From Rhodospirillaceae bacterium (lineage in GTDB: Bacteria > Pseudomonadota > Alphaproteobacteria > CACIAM-22H2), in NCBI GenBank assembly GCA_027490975.1, contig JAIXXA010000035.1, positions 9,164-73,163 on the forward strand: 64,000 nucleotides of DNA, read 5' to 3'. How positions within the stretch are numbered: the stretch's first letter is position 1; each line of letters starts with the position of its first letter. Below the pieces are notes generated by a model, which made no database searches, had not been told where the DNA came from, and saw nothing but the letters and a program-made list of their open reading frames with translations. Made by a program: the position numbers and the translations under genes. Below, in pieces: positions 19,237 through 29,194 of the stretch.

Positions 19237-20054
19237 GCGGCCAGGCGAACGACAGCGTCATCCGCGTGCGCGGCCTCGTCACGCGCTTCGGCGCCCAGAC
19301 CGTGCATGACGGGCTCGATCTCGACGTGCGGCGCGGCGAAATTCTCGCCATCGTCGGCGGCTCGGGCACGGGAAAGTCGGTGCTGCTGCGCACGATCCTG
19401 GGCTTGAAATCGCCGGACGGCGGCACGGTCGAGCTGCTGGGGGCCAACCTCGAAGCGCTCGACGAAGAGGCGCGCCGCCCGGTTCTGAAGCGCATCGGCG
19501 TCTTGTTCCAGGACGGCGCGCTGTTCAGCGCGCGCACGGTCGCGCAAAACGCGCGCCTGCCCTTCCTCGAACACACGAAGGTCGACCATCGTCTCGTCAC
19601 GCAGCTGATCCGCGTGAAGCTGTCGATGGTCGGGTTGCCGCAATCGGCCGGGGCCAAGCTGCCGTCCGAACTGTCGGGCGGCATGCGCAAACGCGCGGGC
19701 CTGGCGCGCGCGATCGCCCTTGATCCCGACATTCTGTTTCTCGACGAGCCCACGGCCGGGCTCGACCCGATCGGCGCCGCGAATTTCGACAGCCTCATCC
19801 GCGACCTGCAGCAAGCGCTTGCTCTCACGGTCGTGATGGTCACGCACGACGTGGACACGCTGTGCGCGATCGCCGACCGCGTGGCCGTGCTGATCGACAG
19901 CAAAATCATCGTCGGAACGCTGGACGAAATCCGCGCGCACCCGCATCCTTGGATCCAGGCCTATTTCGACGGGCCGCGCGGGCGGGCCGCACGCACCGGC
20001 CTTGCCGTCTCGGCCGAGCCCCGCGTTTCGACCCGCGTTTCGAAAGGAACTTAG
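19233..20054 (+). CDS. mlaF: ABC transporter ATP-binding protein (MlaF-like)
   Basis: Walker A GGSGTGKS, signature LSGGMRKR, Walker B ILFLDEP. ATGA overlap with the mlaE stop. Confidence 0.85.
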   Translation: MSGQANDSVIRVRGLVTRFGAQTVHDGLDLDVRRGEILAIVGGSGTGKSVLLRTILGLKSPDGGTVELLGANLEALDEEARRPVLKRIGVLFQDGALFSARTVAQNARLPFLEHTKVDHRLVTQLIRVKLSMVGLPQSAGAKLPSELSGGMRKRAGLARAIALDPDILFLDEPTAGLDPIGAANFDSLIRDLQQALALTVVMVTHDVDTLCAIADRVAVLIDSKIIVGTLDEIRAHPHPWIQAYFDGPRGRAARTGLAVSAEPRVSTRVSKGT

Positions 20055-20057
20055 ATC

Positions 20058-21041
20058 GTGGAAACGCGCGCCAACTATTTCCTCGTCGGCTGTTTCGTGC
20101 TGGCTCTGATGGCGGGCATATTCTTTGCCGGCATCTGGTTCGCGCGCGCCAATCTCGGCGAAGAAAGCACCTTCTACTACACCTACTTCAAAGGCTCGGT
20201 GACCGGCCTGTCGGAAGGCTCGGTCGTGCGCTATCGCGGCGTGCCGGTGGGCACCGTCTCGGACATCGCGCTCGACGCGGCCAATGTCGAGCTTGTGCAG
20301 GTCACGCTCGCTTTGCGGCCCGGCACGCCGATCAAGACCGATACGGTCGCAGGGCTGCAGCCGCAGGGCATAACCGGCCTTGCTTTCGTGCAGCTGAGCG
20401 GCGGCACCCAGAACGCGCCGCTGCTGTTGCCGCAGGAGGGCAAACGCCGCGCGGTGATCCAGTCGCGGCCCTCCGCGCTCGAGCAGATCATGTCCGATGC
20501 GCCGCTGGCGGTCGCGCGCATCGCCGAGCTTGCCGAGCGCGTCGCGACCTTGCTCGACGCCGACAATATCCAGAATTTCGACCGCCTGATCGACAGTTCG
20601 GCCAACGCCGCCGCCAGCCTCGCCAACGCCATGCTCGGCGTCGAAACGCTGGTCTACGACGCCAACGCCACGCTCAAGCGCGTCGACCGGGTGCTGGCGT
20701 CGGTCGATGCCGCCACCGGCGACGCGCGCGGTCTCATCGCCGACAGTCGCCGAACCTTGCGCGACGTGGGCGACGTCGCCCCGCAGGCGGCGGGGGCACT
20801 CGACGAGCTCAAACGCACGGCCGGCAATTTCGGGCGCGTGGCCGACGCACTCGAACAGACCGTGCAGGCAGCCCGTCCCGGCGTGCAGGATTTCGGCCAG
20901 CACGGCATTTACGAGCTGCAGCAATTCATGACCGAGGGGCGCGCACTGATGGCCACACTCAACCGCGTGATCGCGACGTTCGAACGCGATCCCGCCCGCT
21001 TCCTGTTCGGCGACCAGCAAAAAGGGGTCGAAGCGCGATGA
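20058..21041 (+). CDS. mlaD: MlaD/MCE family protein
   Basis: N-terminal TM followed by MCE domain (VRYRGVPVGTVSDI). GTG start with AAAGGAAC SD. Confidence 0.8.
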   Translation: METRANYFLVGCFVLALMAGIFFAGIWFARANLGEESTFYYTYFKGSVTGLSEGSVVRYRGVPVGTVSDIALDAANVELVQVTLALRPGTPIKTDTVAGLQPQGITGLAFVQLSGGTQNAPLLLPQEGKRRAVIQSRPSALEQIMSDAPLAVARIAELAERVATLLDADNIQNFDRLIDSSANAAASLANAMLGVETLVYDANATLKRVDRVLASVDAATGDARGLIADSRRTLRDVGDVAPQAAGALDELKRTAGNFGRVADALEQTVQAARPGVQDFGQHGIYELQQFMTEGRALMATLNRVIATFERDPARFLFGDQQKGVEAR

Positions 21042-21679
21042 GCCTTCCGCCGCACAACACCGCGCGCCGCAGTTTTCTCGGGCTCGCTTGCCTTGCCGCC
21101 GCCGGCACGGTCGCAGGCTGCCAGTTGCCGGGCTCGGGCGATCCGCCGCAGCTTTTCACCCTCACGCCCAAATCCACCTTCGCCGCCGACCTGCCGCGCG
21201 CGGACTGGCAGCTTGCCGTCGAAATGCCGGTCGCCTCGGGCGGGATCGACACCTCGCGCATAGCGCTCGCCCGCTCGGCCGTGACGCTCGACTATTTCGC
21301 GCGCGCCAACTGGACCGACACGGCCCCGCGCATGGTGCAGACGCTGCTCGTCGAAAGCTTCGAAAACACCGGCCGCATCGTCGCGGTGGGGCGCGAATCC
21401 TCGAGCCTGAGGCCCGACTATCTGCTGAAAGTGGATCTGCGCGAGTTCCAGGCCGAGCTGCGCACGGGCTCGGCGCCCGTGGCACGCGTGCGGCTTGCCG
21501 TGCGCCTCGTGCGCCTACCCGAACGCGTCGTCGTCGCAAGCTTCGCGCACGAAGCCCAGCAACCGGCGGTGAACAGCGACATCCACAATATCGTGCTGGC
21601 CTTCGACGAGGCGTTGGGAACGGCGATGCGCCGCGTCGTCGAATGGACCTTGCGCACGGCCGAGCCGCGCCGCAGCTGA
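21038..21679 (+). CDS. ABC-type transport auxiliary lipoprotein (PqiC/DUF330-like)
   Basis: Signal peptide with lipobox TVAGC. ATGA overlap with the mlaD stop. 213 aa. Confidence 0.7.
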   Translation: MSLPPHNTARRSFLGLACLAAAGTVAGCQLPGSGDPPQLFTLTPKSTFAADLPRADWQLAVEMPVASGGIDTSRIALARSAVTLDYFARANWTDTAPRMVQTLLVESFENTGRIVAVGRESSSLRPDYLLKVDLREFQAELRTGSAPVARVRLAVRLVRLPERVVVASFAHEAQQPAVNSDIHNIVLAFDEALGTAMRRVVEWTLRTAEPRRS

Positions 21680-21683
21680 AGCT

Positions 21684-22058
21684 TCAGCGCACGACCAAAG
21701 ATTCGATCGCTTCGCTGTCTTTGGCCCATTTGAGCCAGTCGGCCGCATTGAGGCCGTATTTGTTGGCGTGCGCGCAGTTCGCTCCCGCCGCCGCCAAACG
21801 GGTCGCACACGCCGCCTGGCCGCGCGCGCAGGCGTACATGAAGGCCGTGTTGCCGAAATCGTCGGTCGCGTTGGGGTTGGCGCCGCGCGCGAGCAGCAAT
21901 TCGAGTGCTGGCAGGCTGCCGCGCGCGGCCGCGCGCATCAGTGCGGTCAAACCGCCCGAACCGCGAATCTCAGGGTCGGGCGTACGGTCGAGAAGACGTG
22001 CAAGTTCGGCCGTATCGCCGCGCTCGGCGGCCGCGACCAGGGCGGGGGTTCGTTCCAT
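21684..22058 (-). CDS. ankyrin repeat protein (124 aa)
   Basis: Two to three ANK repeats (GLTALMRAAARGSLPALELLLARGANPNATDDFGNTAFMYACARG). Internal start MERTPAL; the upstream part of the 570-aa listed ORF is Arg-rich noise. Confidence 0.65.
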   Translation of the reverse strand: MERTPALVAAAERGDTAELARLLDRTPDPEIRGSGGLTALMRAAARGSLPALELLLARGANPNATDDFGNTAFMYACARGQAACATRLAAAGANCAHANKYGLNAADWLKWAKDSEAIESLVVR

Positions 22059-22157
22059 GCCGCGATAGGTGCCTCTTGGCCGCACTTGCGTCAAGACCGG
22101 CGTTGGCGCGAAAGTGCGGCCTCGCCTCGTCCCTTTTCGCGCCGCAGGAACCGTTCC

Positions 22158-22436
22158 ATGGAAACTCGCCCCGTCGCCCAAGCCATGCGCCGCAAACTCG
22201 AAGCTGCACTGGCACCCGTCCTGCTCGAGATCGACGACGATTCGGCCAAACATGCGGGCCACGCGGGCGCACGGGCGGGCGGGGAATCGCATTTCAGCGT
22301 ACGCGTCGTGAGCGCGGCCTTTGTCGGCAAATCGCGCGTCGAGCGCCAGCGCCTCGTGCACGGCATCCTGGCCGAGGAGCTGGCCGGGCCCGTGCATGCG
22401 CTTGCCCTTGCGCTGAAAGCCCCCGCCGAGGCCTGA
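22158..22436 (+). CDS. BolA family protein
   Basis: 92 aa, BolA signature SHFSVRVVSAAFVGKSRVERQRLVH. AGGAA SD 7 nt upstream. Confidence 0.75.
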   Translation: METRPVAQAMRRKLEAALAPVLLEIDDDSAKHAGHAGARAGGESHFSVRVVSAAFVGKSRVERQRLVHGILAEELAGPVHALALALKAPAEA

Positions 22437-22532
22437 AGCCGCTGGCGCTGGCGCTGGCGCTGTCCATGCCCAACGCCGCGCAGGGCCGTCAAGGCGCTTT
22501 GCCGGAGTATCAATTATTGGTATATTTAATTT

Positions 22533-22808
22533 ATGGAATTCTCTTCGAGAATGAAAGTGGCGACGGTGCTGCCGCCGCGCCCGCGCAATATACGCATCCA
22601 TGGGCGCCGCACGAGCATGCGGCTCGAATTGCCGTTCTGGTCGGCACTTGAGGAAATCGCGCGCGCACTCGAGATGCCCGTCGAAACGCTGTGCGAGCGC
22701 ATCGCCGACACGTCCCATCGCGGCAATCTTTCGTCGGCGATCCGGGTGTTCGTGCTCGCCTGGTCGCGCAAACAGGCCCGCAAGACCGTGCGCAGCCGCA
22801 TGAACTAG
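22533..22808 (+). CDS. ribbon-helix-helix domain protein (putative small transcriptional regulator)
   Basis: RRTSMRLELPFWSALEEIARALEMPVETLCERIAD resembles the RHH_3-type family. Preceded by an unusually AT-rich stretch at 22505-22535. Alternative start at 22551. Confidence 0.55.
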   Translation: MEFSSRMKVATVLPPRPRNIRIHGRRTSMRLELPFWSALEEIARALEMPVETLCERIADTSHRGNLSSAIRVFVLAWSRKQARKTVRSRMN

Positions 22809-23356
22809 CGCTTGCCCGTATAATGTTCCGGCCAGTGTGCGGCAACGACGGGGCTGTCGGCGGCGAGCGCATGGCAGGTGTCGAGGAAGCCCGCACGCCC
22901 GTCTTCGGCCGGTTTTTCCTTGGCGCGCAGCGGCACGATCGTCTGGATCGCGGCCGTCGCCATGGCGCCCAATGCCAGTTCCAGCAGATGCGTGCAGCCC
23001 TTGATCCCGCCCAAGCGCTCCTGCACTTGGCGGCGCCAGCCTTTGCCGATGCGCAAACCCACGAGTGCTTGGAAGTTCGGCACGATGGCCGGGCACATCT
23101 CGAACGGGCTCGCGTCGGTCGCGGCGGCGACCGCATGCACGAGATAGCTGTCGTCGATCGTGAGGCGCAGCCGCATCTCGTGCAGCGGCGTGCCGGGAGC
23201 GAGATGCCCGCGCCATTGGTTGTCGAAGCCGTAGGCTTTTGTGTCGACCAGATGGCCTTCGATGTCCCACAGCCCGTCGCTGCGTCGGTAGCCGCTGCAT
23301 TCGATGCGGCGGGTATGGATGGGTTCGCGGGCAATTTCGGGGGCGGGCAAGGGCAT
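22805..23356 (-). CDS. DUF2889 family protein
   Basis: 183 aa; conserved CTHLLEL-type motif. Convergent 4-nt overlap with the RHH gene. Confidence 0.55.
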   Translation of the reverse strand: MPLPAPEIAREPIHTRRIECSGYRRSDGLWDIEGHLVDTKAYGFDNQWRGHLAPGTPLHEMRLRLTIDDSYLVHAVAAATDASPFEMCPAIVPNFQALVGLRIGKGWRRQVQERLGGIKGCTHLLELALGAMATAAIQTIVPLRAKEKPAEDGRAGFLDTCHALAADSPVVAAHWPEHYTGKR

Positions 23357-23434
23357 CCCCGATGTTCCCAGAAATCGCCCGCCCGCACAAAAACAAATAC
23401 GCGCCGGCGCCGAAGGCCGCGGCCGCCTTGGGCC

Positions 23435-23890
23435 TTACGTGAGCCCGTAGCCGGCCGAACCCGAAATGAACGCGTCGCGCTCCTGCAAACCTTGCTCGAG
23501 TTCGCCCATTGCCGTCGCGTAGAGATCGCGCACCGACACCATGCCGATCAGGCGCGCGCCGTCCACGACCGGCAAATGCCGGTAATTGTGCTTGCGCATC
23601 ATTTCGAGCGCGTCGGATGCGACATCGTCGGGGCCGATCGTATCGGGGTTGACCGTCATGACCTCGGCCAGCAGCGTCGTATCCGGATCGCGGCGCGCGG
23701 CCACGACCTTCGTCATCACGTCGCGCTCGGTGAAGATGCCCGCCATGCGGCCGGCTGCGTCCAGCACCACAAGGGCGCCGATGCGCCGATTTGCCATTGC
23801 GGCGGCGGCTTCACGCACGCTCATGCCCGTGCTGGCCGTGGCAAGATTCTGGACGCCCGAAATCACGTCGGGAACGATTTTGCGGTTCAT
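23435..23890 (-). CDS. CBS domain-containing protein
   Basis: Tandem CBS pair. Start MNRKIVPDV preceded by a strong GGGAGGG SD. Confidence 0.75.
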   Translation of the reverse strand: MNRKIVPDVISGVQNLATASTGMSVREAAAAMANRRIGALVVLDAAGRMAGIFTERDVMTKVVAARRDPDTTLLAEVMTVNPDTIGPDDVASDALEMMRKHNYRHLPVVDGARLIGMVSVRDLYATAMGELEQGLQERDAFISGSAGYGLT

Positions 23891-23984
23891 CGATACCCTC
23901 CCTTTTTGCGGCGCTTTATTGTCTGCGTAGACCGCGACCTGCAAATGATAGCGCCGCTTGGGCCGTGCTTGGCAAGGCCGATCG

Positions 23985-25334
23985 TCAGGCGGCAACGCCG
24001 TCGGGTACGGTCTTTTGCGCTGCCGCATCGCCGATCGCGAGGATTCGCAAGGTTGCGATCTGGTTGCGTTTGCGGCGCAATATCTCGAAACGCAGGCCGT
24101 GGAAGGTCAGAATCTGGCCGACATCCGGGATGCGGCGCGCCTCGTAGAGCACAAGACCCGCGATCGTCGCCGCGTCTTCGTCGGGCAGGCGCCAGTCGAA
24201 TTGGCGGTTCAAATCGCGGATCGTGACCGACCCGTCGACGACGAAGCTGCCGTCGGCCTGCGGGCGCACGCCGGGCACTTTGAACTCGTGCTTTTCGGCG
24301 ATGTCGCCGACGATCTCTTCGAGAATGTCTTCGAGCGTCACGACCCCCATGAGGCCGCCATATTCGTCGACGACGAGCGCGAAATGCTCGCGCCGGCGCC
24401 GGAACGCTTCGAGCTGATCGAGCAGACTCGTGGAATCGGGGATGAACCAGGCGCGGCCGGCGATCTGGGCGATGTCGATGGTCGTGGGATCGCCGCCATT
24501 GGCGCGCAAGGCCGCGAGCAGCGCTTTGGCATGGAGCACGCCGATCACGTTGTCTTGCGTGCCGCGCCACAAGGGGATGCGCGTGTGCGGGCTCGACAGC
24601 GCCTGCTCGAGGATGGCGGCCGGCGGCTGGTCGGCATCGATCGCCACGACCTGGCGGCGATGGATCATGATGTCCGACACGGCGACGTCGGCCAAATCGA
24701 GGATCGAGCGCAGCATCTGGCGCTCTTTGCGCACGGTCGCAGCCCCGCTCGCTTCGCCCGAGCCATGCAGCTCGATCGCCCCGCGCAGCTCCTCGGCAGC
24801 GGCCTCGGCCGTGGGTTCGTTGTAGCGCACGCCGAGCAAACTCAGCATGGTTTTGGCCGCGACGCGAGTCGCCGTCGCCAGCGGCGACAAGAACGCCATC
24901 ATCGCGCGCGCAAACGGGGCCAGCATCAGCGCCACGCGATCGGCATTGGCAAGCGCCCACATTTTCGGCATCACCTCGCCGAACACCACGACCAACACTG
25001 TCATGATCACGGTCGCATAGAGCACGCCCGCATCGCCGAACAGCGCGATCAAGGCGCTCGTGGTCAAAGCCGAGCCCAGAATATTGACGAGGTTGTTGCC
25101 GAGCAGCACGGCGCTGATGAACTGGTCGCGCTGGTCGCGCAGGCGGTTGACGAGGCCTGCACGGCGCGAGCCCTGGCGCTCCATCTCGGCCAGACGCGGG
25201 CGCGACGCCGCCGTGATGGAAGTCTCCACTGCCGACAGCAGGGCCGCCACGACGAGCAGCACGACAACGGCCACGACCACGAACCATTCGGGCAGGTCCG
25301 GCATGTCCGGCAGTTCGAAACCGTCGAAATTCAT
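23985..25334 (-). CDS. HlyC/CorC family transporter (CNNM/DUF21 TM domain + CBS pair + CorC_HlyC)
   Basis: Start MNFDGFELPDMPDLPEW. 4-TM DUF21, then CBS, then a transporter-associated C-terminal domain. GGAGG SD. Start overlaps the aroB stop. Confidence 0.85.
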   Translation of the reverse strand: MNFDGFELPDMPDLPEWFVVVAVVVLLVVAALLSAVETSITAASRPRLAEMERQGSRRAGLVNRLRDQRDQFISAVLLGNNLVNILGSALTTSALIALFGDAGVLYATVIMTVLVVVFGEVMPKMWALANADRVALMLAPFARAMMAFLSPLATATRVAAKTMLSLLGVRYNEPTAEAAAEELRGAIELHGSGEASGAATVRKERQMLRSILDLADVAVSDIMIHRRQVVAIDADQPPAAILEQALSSPHTRIPLWRGTQDNVIGVLHAKALLAALRANGGDPTTIDIAQIAGRAWFIPDSTSLLDQLEAFRRRREHFALVVDEYGGLMGVVTLEDILEEIVGDIAEKHEFKVPGVRPQADGSFVVDGSVTIRDLNRQFDWRLPDEDAATIAGLVLYEARRIPDVGQILTFHGLRFEILRRKRNQIATLRILAIGDAAAQKTVPDGVAA

Positions 25335-26443
25335 CGGCCGGCCTCCGCGGTCATGAAACCGCGCAAAGCGGCCGCGTCGACGTCGGACGCCACGAAGGCT
25401 TTGCCGATGCCGCGCGCCAGAATGAAGGTGAGTTTGCCGTCGCGCACTTTTTTGTCGTGTCCCATATGGTCGATCAGAGTGGATGCGGCGAAGCCGCGCT
25501 GCGTATCGAGGCGCGTGGGCAGGCCCGTGGCATCGAGATGCGCGGCCACGCGCGCCGCCTCGGGGGCCGCGCACAGCCCGAGCTTGGCCGAAAAATCGAA
25601 CGCTTGGCGCATGCCGATCGCCACGGCCTCGCCATGCAGCAGATCGGGGCCGAAACCGGTTTCGGCCTCGAGCGCATGGCCGAATGTGTGGCCGAGATTG
25701 AGCAGCGCGCGCAACCCTGCTTCGCGCTCGTCGGCAGCAACGATGCGCGCCTTGGCGGCAACGGCCGCACGCACGGCCGTGCGGCGCGCAGCGCCGGCGC
25801 CCGAAAGCACGGCAGCCGCATTCGCCTCGCACCACGCGAAAAAAGCCGGATCGTCGATAAGGCCGTATTTGACCGTCTCGGCATAGCCTGCGCGCAGTTC
25901 GCGCGGCGGGAGCGTGTCGAGCGTGCCGAGATCGCACAGCACGAGGCGCGGCTGGTGGAACGCACCGACGAGATTTTTGCCGTAGCGCGTGTTGACCGCC
26001 GTTTTGCCGCCGACAGAACTGTCGACTTGGGCGAGCAGCGTCGTCGGGCATTGCACGAAATCGACGCCGCGCAGCAGCAAAGCGGCCGCCACGCCGGTCA
26101 TATCGCCGATCACGCCGCCGCCCAAGGCCAACAGAATGTCGCCGCGCTCGGGCCGATGCGCGAGAATCGCGTCGAGCAGCGTGCCCAGATGCGCCCAATC
26201 CTTGCTGGTTTCGCCGGGCGGCTGCACGAAGGTCTTGTGGGCAAGCCCGGCGGCATCGAGACCGGCCTCGAGCCGCGCCAGATGCAACGCCGCAACCGCG
26301 CTGTCGGTCACGACGAACACGCGCTTGGCCGGCCGCACCGAAAGGATCTCGGCGCCGGACGTCTCGAGCAGGCCAGCGCCGATTTTCACGTCGTAGCTGC
26401 GCTGGTCGAGGGCGACGCGCACCGTATCCACGGCACCGCTCAT
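25331..26443 (-). CDS. aroB: 3-dehydroquinate synthase
   Basis: GGGVIGDMTG NAD-binding and DHQS metal-binding motifs (HGEAVAIGM). 370 aa. Overlaps the aroK stop. Confidence 0.9.
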   Translation of the reverse strand: MSGAVDTVRVALDQRSYDVKIGAGLLETSGAEILSVRPAKRVFVVTDSAVAALHLARLEAGLDAAGLAHKTFVQPPGETSKDWAHLGTLLDAILAHRPERGDILLALGGGVIGDMTGVAAALLLRGVDFVQCPTTLLAQVDSSVGGKTAVNTRYGKNLVGAFHQPRLVLCDLGTLDTLPPRELRAGYAETVKYGLIDDPAFFAWCEANAAAVLSGAGAARRTAVRAAVAAKARIVAADEREAGLRALLNLGHTFGHALEAETGFGPDLLHGEAVAIGMRQAFDFSAKLGLCAAPEAARVAAHLDATGLPTRLDTQRGFAASTLIDHMGHDKKVRDGKLTFILARGIGKAFVASDVDAAALRGFMTAEAGR

Positions 26444-27042
26444 GGCGATCCCGCTGCGACGCCCGGCTCGGCGCAATAGGCCGCAATGGCAGCGACCACA
26501 CGCTGCGTGGTTTCGTCGGGCGACGCCTCGCTCGACTGCACATGCAGGTCGGCCAGTGCATAGACCGGTTCGCGCGCGGCCAGCAGCCGCGCCAGGATTT
26601 CGCGCGGATCGCCGCTGTTGAGCAGCGGGCGGTGCGTGCGCTTGGCCGTGCGCCGCACCAGCGTGTCGAGATCGGCCTGCAGCCACACCGACAGGCCGCG
26701 CTGCTTGATCGACGCGCGCGTCTGCGGATCCATGAAAGCGCCGCCGCCGGTCGCCATCACGCCGCGCGCACCCTCGAGCAGGCGCAAGATCACGCGCCGT
26801 TCGACGTCGCGGAACGCCGTCTCGCCGTATAGCTCGAAAATCTCGGCAATCGAGCAGCCGGCCGCCGTCTCGACCTCGCGGTCGGTGTCGACGAACGGCA
26901 AACCGATGCGCGCGGCCAGGCGCTTGCCGATCGCGCTTTTGCCCGCCCCCATCAATCCGACCATCACGATCGAACGCTGAGCCGGCGCAAGCGCCGCGCT
27001 GGCCGCTTCAGGCGGCATCGGGGAAGAAAACGACAAGGTCAT
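26440..27042 (-). CDS. aroK: shikimate kinase
   Basis: Walker A GLMGAGKSAIGKRLA, shikimate-binding ATGGG. Start MTLSF at residue 45 of the listed ORF; start uncertain. Confidence 0.8.
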   Translation of the reverse strand: MTLSFSSPMPPEAASAALAPAQRSIVMVGLMGAGKSAIGKRLAARIGLPFVDTDREVETAAGCSIAEIFELYGETAFRDVERRVILRLLEGARGVMATGGGAFMDPQTRASIKQRGLSVWLQADLDTLVRRTAKRTHRPLLNSGDPREILARLLAAREPVYALADLHVQSSEASPDETTQRVVAAIAAYCAEPGVAAGSP

Positions 27043-27347
27043 CGTTGTCAGGACTTGGGAACGCGAAAATGCCGCACCGCACCCGACGCATCGGTGCACG
27101 CGCGAACCTCGCCTTTCCTCTTGCGCAACTGCCTCATGGCAAGCGAGTGTAGCAAACCACGGTGCCGCCTGCACGAGGCTCGCGCGGGCTGTTTATACAC
27201 AAATGTTTTCAAGGGTTTGACAGAATATGCGACGCCCCTTCCTGTTCGTTCTTGTGGTTGTTGCGGCAGCCCTTGCCGCCGGGGTGTTGTTCCTGGCGCG
27301 CTGGGACATCCCAGCCCCGACCGCCCGAATCGAGAAGACGATCCCCA

Positions 27348-29183
27348 ATGACCGCCTGCCGCGCTGACCGCACCTTGCGTGCGTCGCTGATCGCTTTGCT
27401 GCTGGCCGCCGCTGCGGCGGCACCCGCTGTCGCCCAAAATCCGGGCTCGAACTTGCTGCGCCCGCCGCCGGTGCGCGCCGAACCGCCGCCGGCCGCAGCA
27501 CCGGCACCGGCGGACGAAACGTCCCCGCGCGCGGCACCGCAGCTGCAGGCACCGGCCGGGATCGAGGTCGAAGTCGCGCGCCCGCTCGACCCCGAGGCGA
27601 TCGGCCTTATCGATGCGGCGCGCGGCGGCTTTCCGCCCGATGCGTGGGCGGCGAGCGGGCGGGCCTTTGCCGAGCGCCTCGTGCGCGACCTGCCGGCCCC
27701 GCTGGCCTCGCAGCCCTTGCGCGAGTTGGCATGGCGCACGCTGGCCTCGACCGCCGCAGGCCCGCTTGTCGCAACGTCGCTTGCAGCACCGGGCACTGCC
27801 GCCCAACCTAATTTCGCGGGCTTGCGCGCGGCACGGCTGCGCGCCCTCGGCGACATCGAATCGGCGGCCGAGCTCGCCCGGCGCATTCCCGACCGCATGG
27901 CCGATCCCGCCCTTGCGCGCCTGCTGATCGACGCGTCGTTTCTGGCCCAAGCCGACGAGCGGGCTTGTGCGCTGGTGCGCGAAGCGCTTGGCCGCATGCG
28001 CGACGTGGCCCTGCAAAAGGCGCTGATGTTCTGCCAGGCCCTGGCCGGCGACGGCGACCGCGCACAGCTGGGTTTGGCGATGCTGCGCGACCAGGGTGCG
28101 CCCGAAGACCCCGCTTTCGTCACGCTGCTGCTTGCAGTCGGCGGCGACGGGCGCGGCGTGCGCATCGACACGCTGCGCAATGCCGATCCGCTGGCGCTTG
28201 CCATGCTGCGCGCCGCCAAGGTCGCCCCGCCCGCCGACAGCGTGCAGAGCAGCGACCCTGCCGTCCTCGCCGCTCTTGCGCGCGGCGATTGGGGCACGCC
28301 GGAGTTTCGCTTGGCCGCCGCCGAGCGCGCCGAAGCGTTCGGCGCCATGCCGGCGGGCGAACTTGCCGATTTCTACCGTGCCATTGAACTGACGGCCGCC
28401 CAGTCGGCCGATCCGGCGGCTTTTGCGCGCGGCGACGGCGGCCCGCGCGGGCGCGCGGCCTTGTTCAAAGCCGCCGACGCGGCCCCGGTCGGCCCGGCCC
28501 GCCTCACCGCGTTGCAGGCCTTGTGGAGCCATGGCCGCGAACGCGGCGGTTACGCCACCTTGGCGCGCGCGAGCGTTTCCCTGCTGGCGCAGACCCCGCC
28601 TTCGCCGGACTATCGCTTCGCCGCCGCAGATGCCGCACGCGCCCTGTTGATGGCGGGCGAGCGCGAGACGGCCGCCGGCTGGATCCGGCTTGTGCGCGCC
28701 GCCCAGATCGGCGGCGACGGGGCGGCCGCCAACGAGGCCGCGCGCATCTGGCTGCTCGCAACCTTGGCCGGCATCGAAACCGGCGAAGCGCGCAGTGCCG
28801 CACGCCTTGCCGCATGGCGCCAAGCGCTCGACGCCGGCGACGCGCGCGCGGCCCCCGTTCGCGCGGCGCTCGGCGTGGCCCTGCTGAGCGGCCTTGGGCA
28901 TTTGCCGGGCGGCGGCGCTGCCGTCGCTTTTCCGCAAGCCGCGCTCGAGCGCCAGACCGCAAGCTTGCCGCATCCGGCGCTGGTCACGGCACTCCACGAG
29001 GCCGGAATCGGCGGCAGGCCGGCCGAAAGCGCCTTGCTTGTCGTGCACATGCTCGGCGGCGACGGGGCTGCAGGCGCGCCCGTCTATGTGCTGCTGTCGG
29101 TGCTCGACGGCCTGCGCGCGGTCGGCCTCGAGGAGAATGCGCGCCTGCTGGCGCTCGAATCCGCGATCGCGTCGGGGCTTTAG
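27348..29183 (+). CDS. hypothetical secreted Ala-rich protein (611 aa)
   Basis: Internal start MTACRADRTLRASLIALLLAAAAAAPAVAQ gives a signal peptide. Ala/Leu-rich, helical-repeat-like. Conserved position between aroK and xerD. Confidence 0.5.
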   Translation: MTACRADRTLRASLIALLLAAAAAAPAVAQNPGSNLLRPPPVRAEPPPAAAPAPADETSPRAAPQLQAPAGIEVEVARPLDPEAIGLIDAARGGFPPDAWAASGRAFAERLVRDLPAPLASQPLRELAWRTLASTAAGPLVATSLAAPGTAAQPNFAGLRAARLRALGDIESAAELARRIPDRMADPALARLLIDASFLAQADERACALVREALGRMRDVALQKALMFCQALAGDGDRAQLGLAMLRDQGAPEDPAFVTLLLAVGGDGRGVRIDTLRNADPLALAMLRAAKVAPPADSVQSSDPAVLAALARGDWGTPEFRLAAAERAEAFGAMPAGELADFYRAIELTAAQSADPAAFARGDGGPRGRAALFKAADAAPVGPARLTALQALWSHGRERGGYATLARASVSLLAQTPPSPDYRFAAADAARALLMAGERETAAGWIRLVRAAQIGGDGAAANEAARIWLLATLAGIETGEARSAARLAAWRQALDAGDARAAPVRAALGVALLSGLGHLPGGGAAVAFPQAALERQTASLPHPALVTALHEAGIGGRPAESALLVVHMLGGDGAAGAPVYVLLSVLDGLRAVGLEENARLLALESAIASGL

Positions 29184-29194
29184 GCGCTCGGGCG

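Noticed and set aside
21684-23396. 570-aa ORF containing the ankyrin repeats
   Set aside because: Only the C-terminal 124 aa show ANK repeats. The rest overlaps the BolA, RHH and DUF2889 genes on both strands with noise-like composition.
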